Assembly (NCBI GenBank): GCA_017559425.1
Contig: JAFYSI010000068.1
Coordinates: 1 to 47,145, forward strand
DNA: 47,145 nt
Reading direction: 5' to 3'
Origin: Alistipes sp.
GTDB lineage: Bacteria > Bacteroidota > Bacteroidia > Bacteroidales > Rikenellaceae
Shown here: positions 47,088-47,145 of the stretch, in pieces
How positions within the stretch are numbered: position 1 is the first letter of the stretch
Layout of the letters: every line of letters begins with the position of its first letter
Program-made: the position numbers and the translations under genes
Notes under the pieces: generated by a model
What the model was told of the DNA's origin: nothing
The model's input: the letters and a program-made list of their open reading frames with translations, nothing else
Database searches by the model: none

Positions 47088-47145
47088 CTCGAGAGAACGT
47101 TGTCCGAACCCATCCCAGCAGAACCAATGCAATAACTAATTACCA

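Noticed and set aside
46890-47139. ORFs 46890-47132 (-) and 46906-47139 (+)
   Set aside because: Products (EFKEFRE/LNSLNS) are simply translations of the 9-mer repeats.

Overview
Chromosomal region of a Bacteroidota (Bacteroidales, probably Alistipes/Rikenellaceae-like; inferred from TTTG-N19-20-TAnnTTTG promoters and the gene families present), dominated by surface lipoproteins. (1) 0.4-15.9 kb, minus strand: a type V (Mfa/Fim-like) pilus operon with DUF3575 barrel, DUF3868/OmpA-TPR, three tandem Mfa1-like pilins, FimB/Mfa2 anchor and three ancillary/tip pilins. Its promoter has a T12 tract in the -33/-7 spacer, and the divergent TPR-TM-LuxR regulator is split by one in-frame TAA. (2) 18.4-23.2 kb: NrtR-type Nudix regulator with two GT-N7-AC boxes, followed by hypothetical exported proteins with DxDxDG motifs. 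(3) GH97 glycosidase, clostripain-family (C11) lipoprotein, two acidic lipoproteins and a HAD hydrolase. (4) 31.3-41.0 kb: a seven-gene fimbrillin/DUF4493/PCMD/two-beta-barrel operon whose organisation parallels a pilus operon; this is my best candidate for an uncharacterised surface filament system. (5) Two BACON-like lipoproteins, one with an in-frame TAG. (6) A RepA/AAA_25-like helicase followed by an origin-like repeat region (heptamers, 16-bp inverted repeat, 3x26-bp repeat) and an inverted array of 9-mers. I saw no rRNA, tRNA, CRISPR array, integrase, transposase or reverse transcriptase. All family calls come from motif recognition by eye, not database searches.
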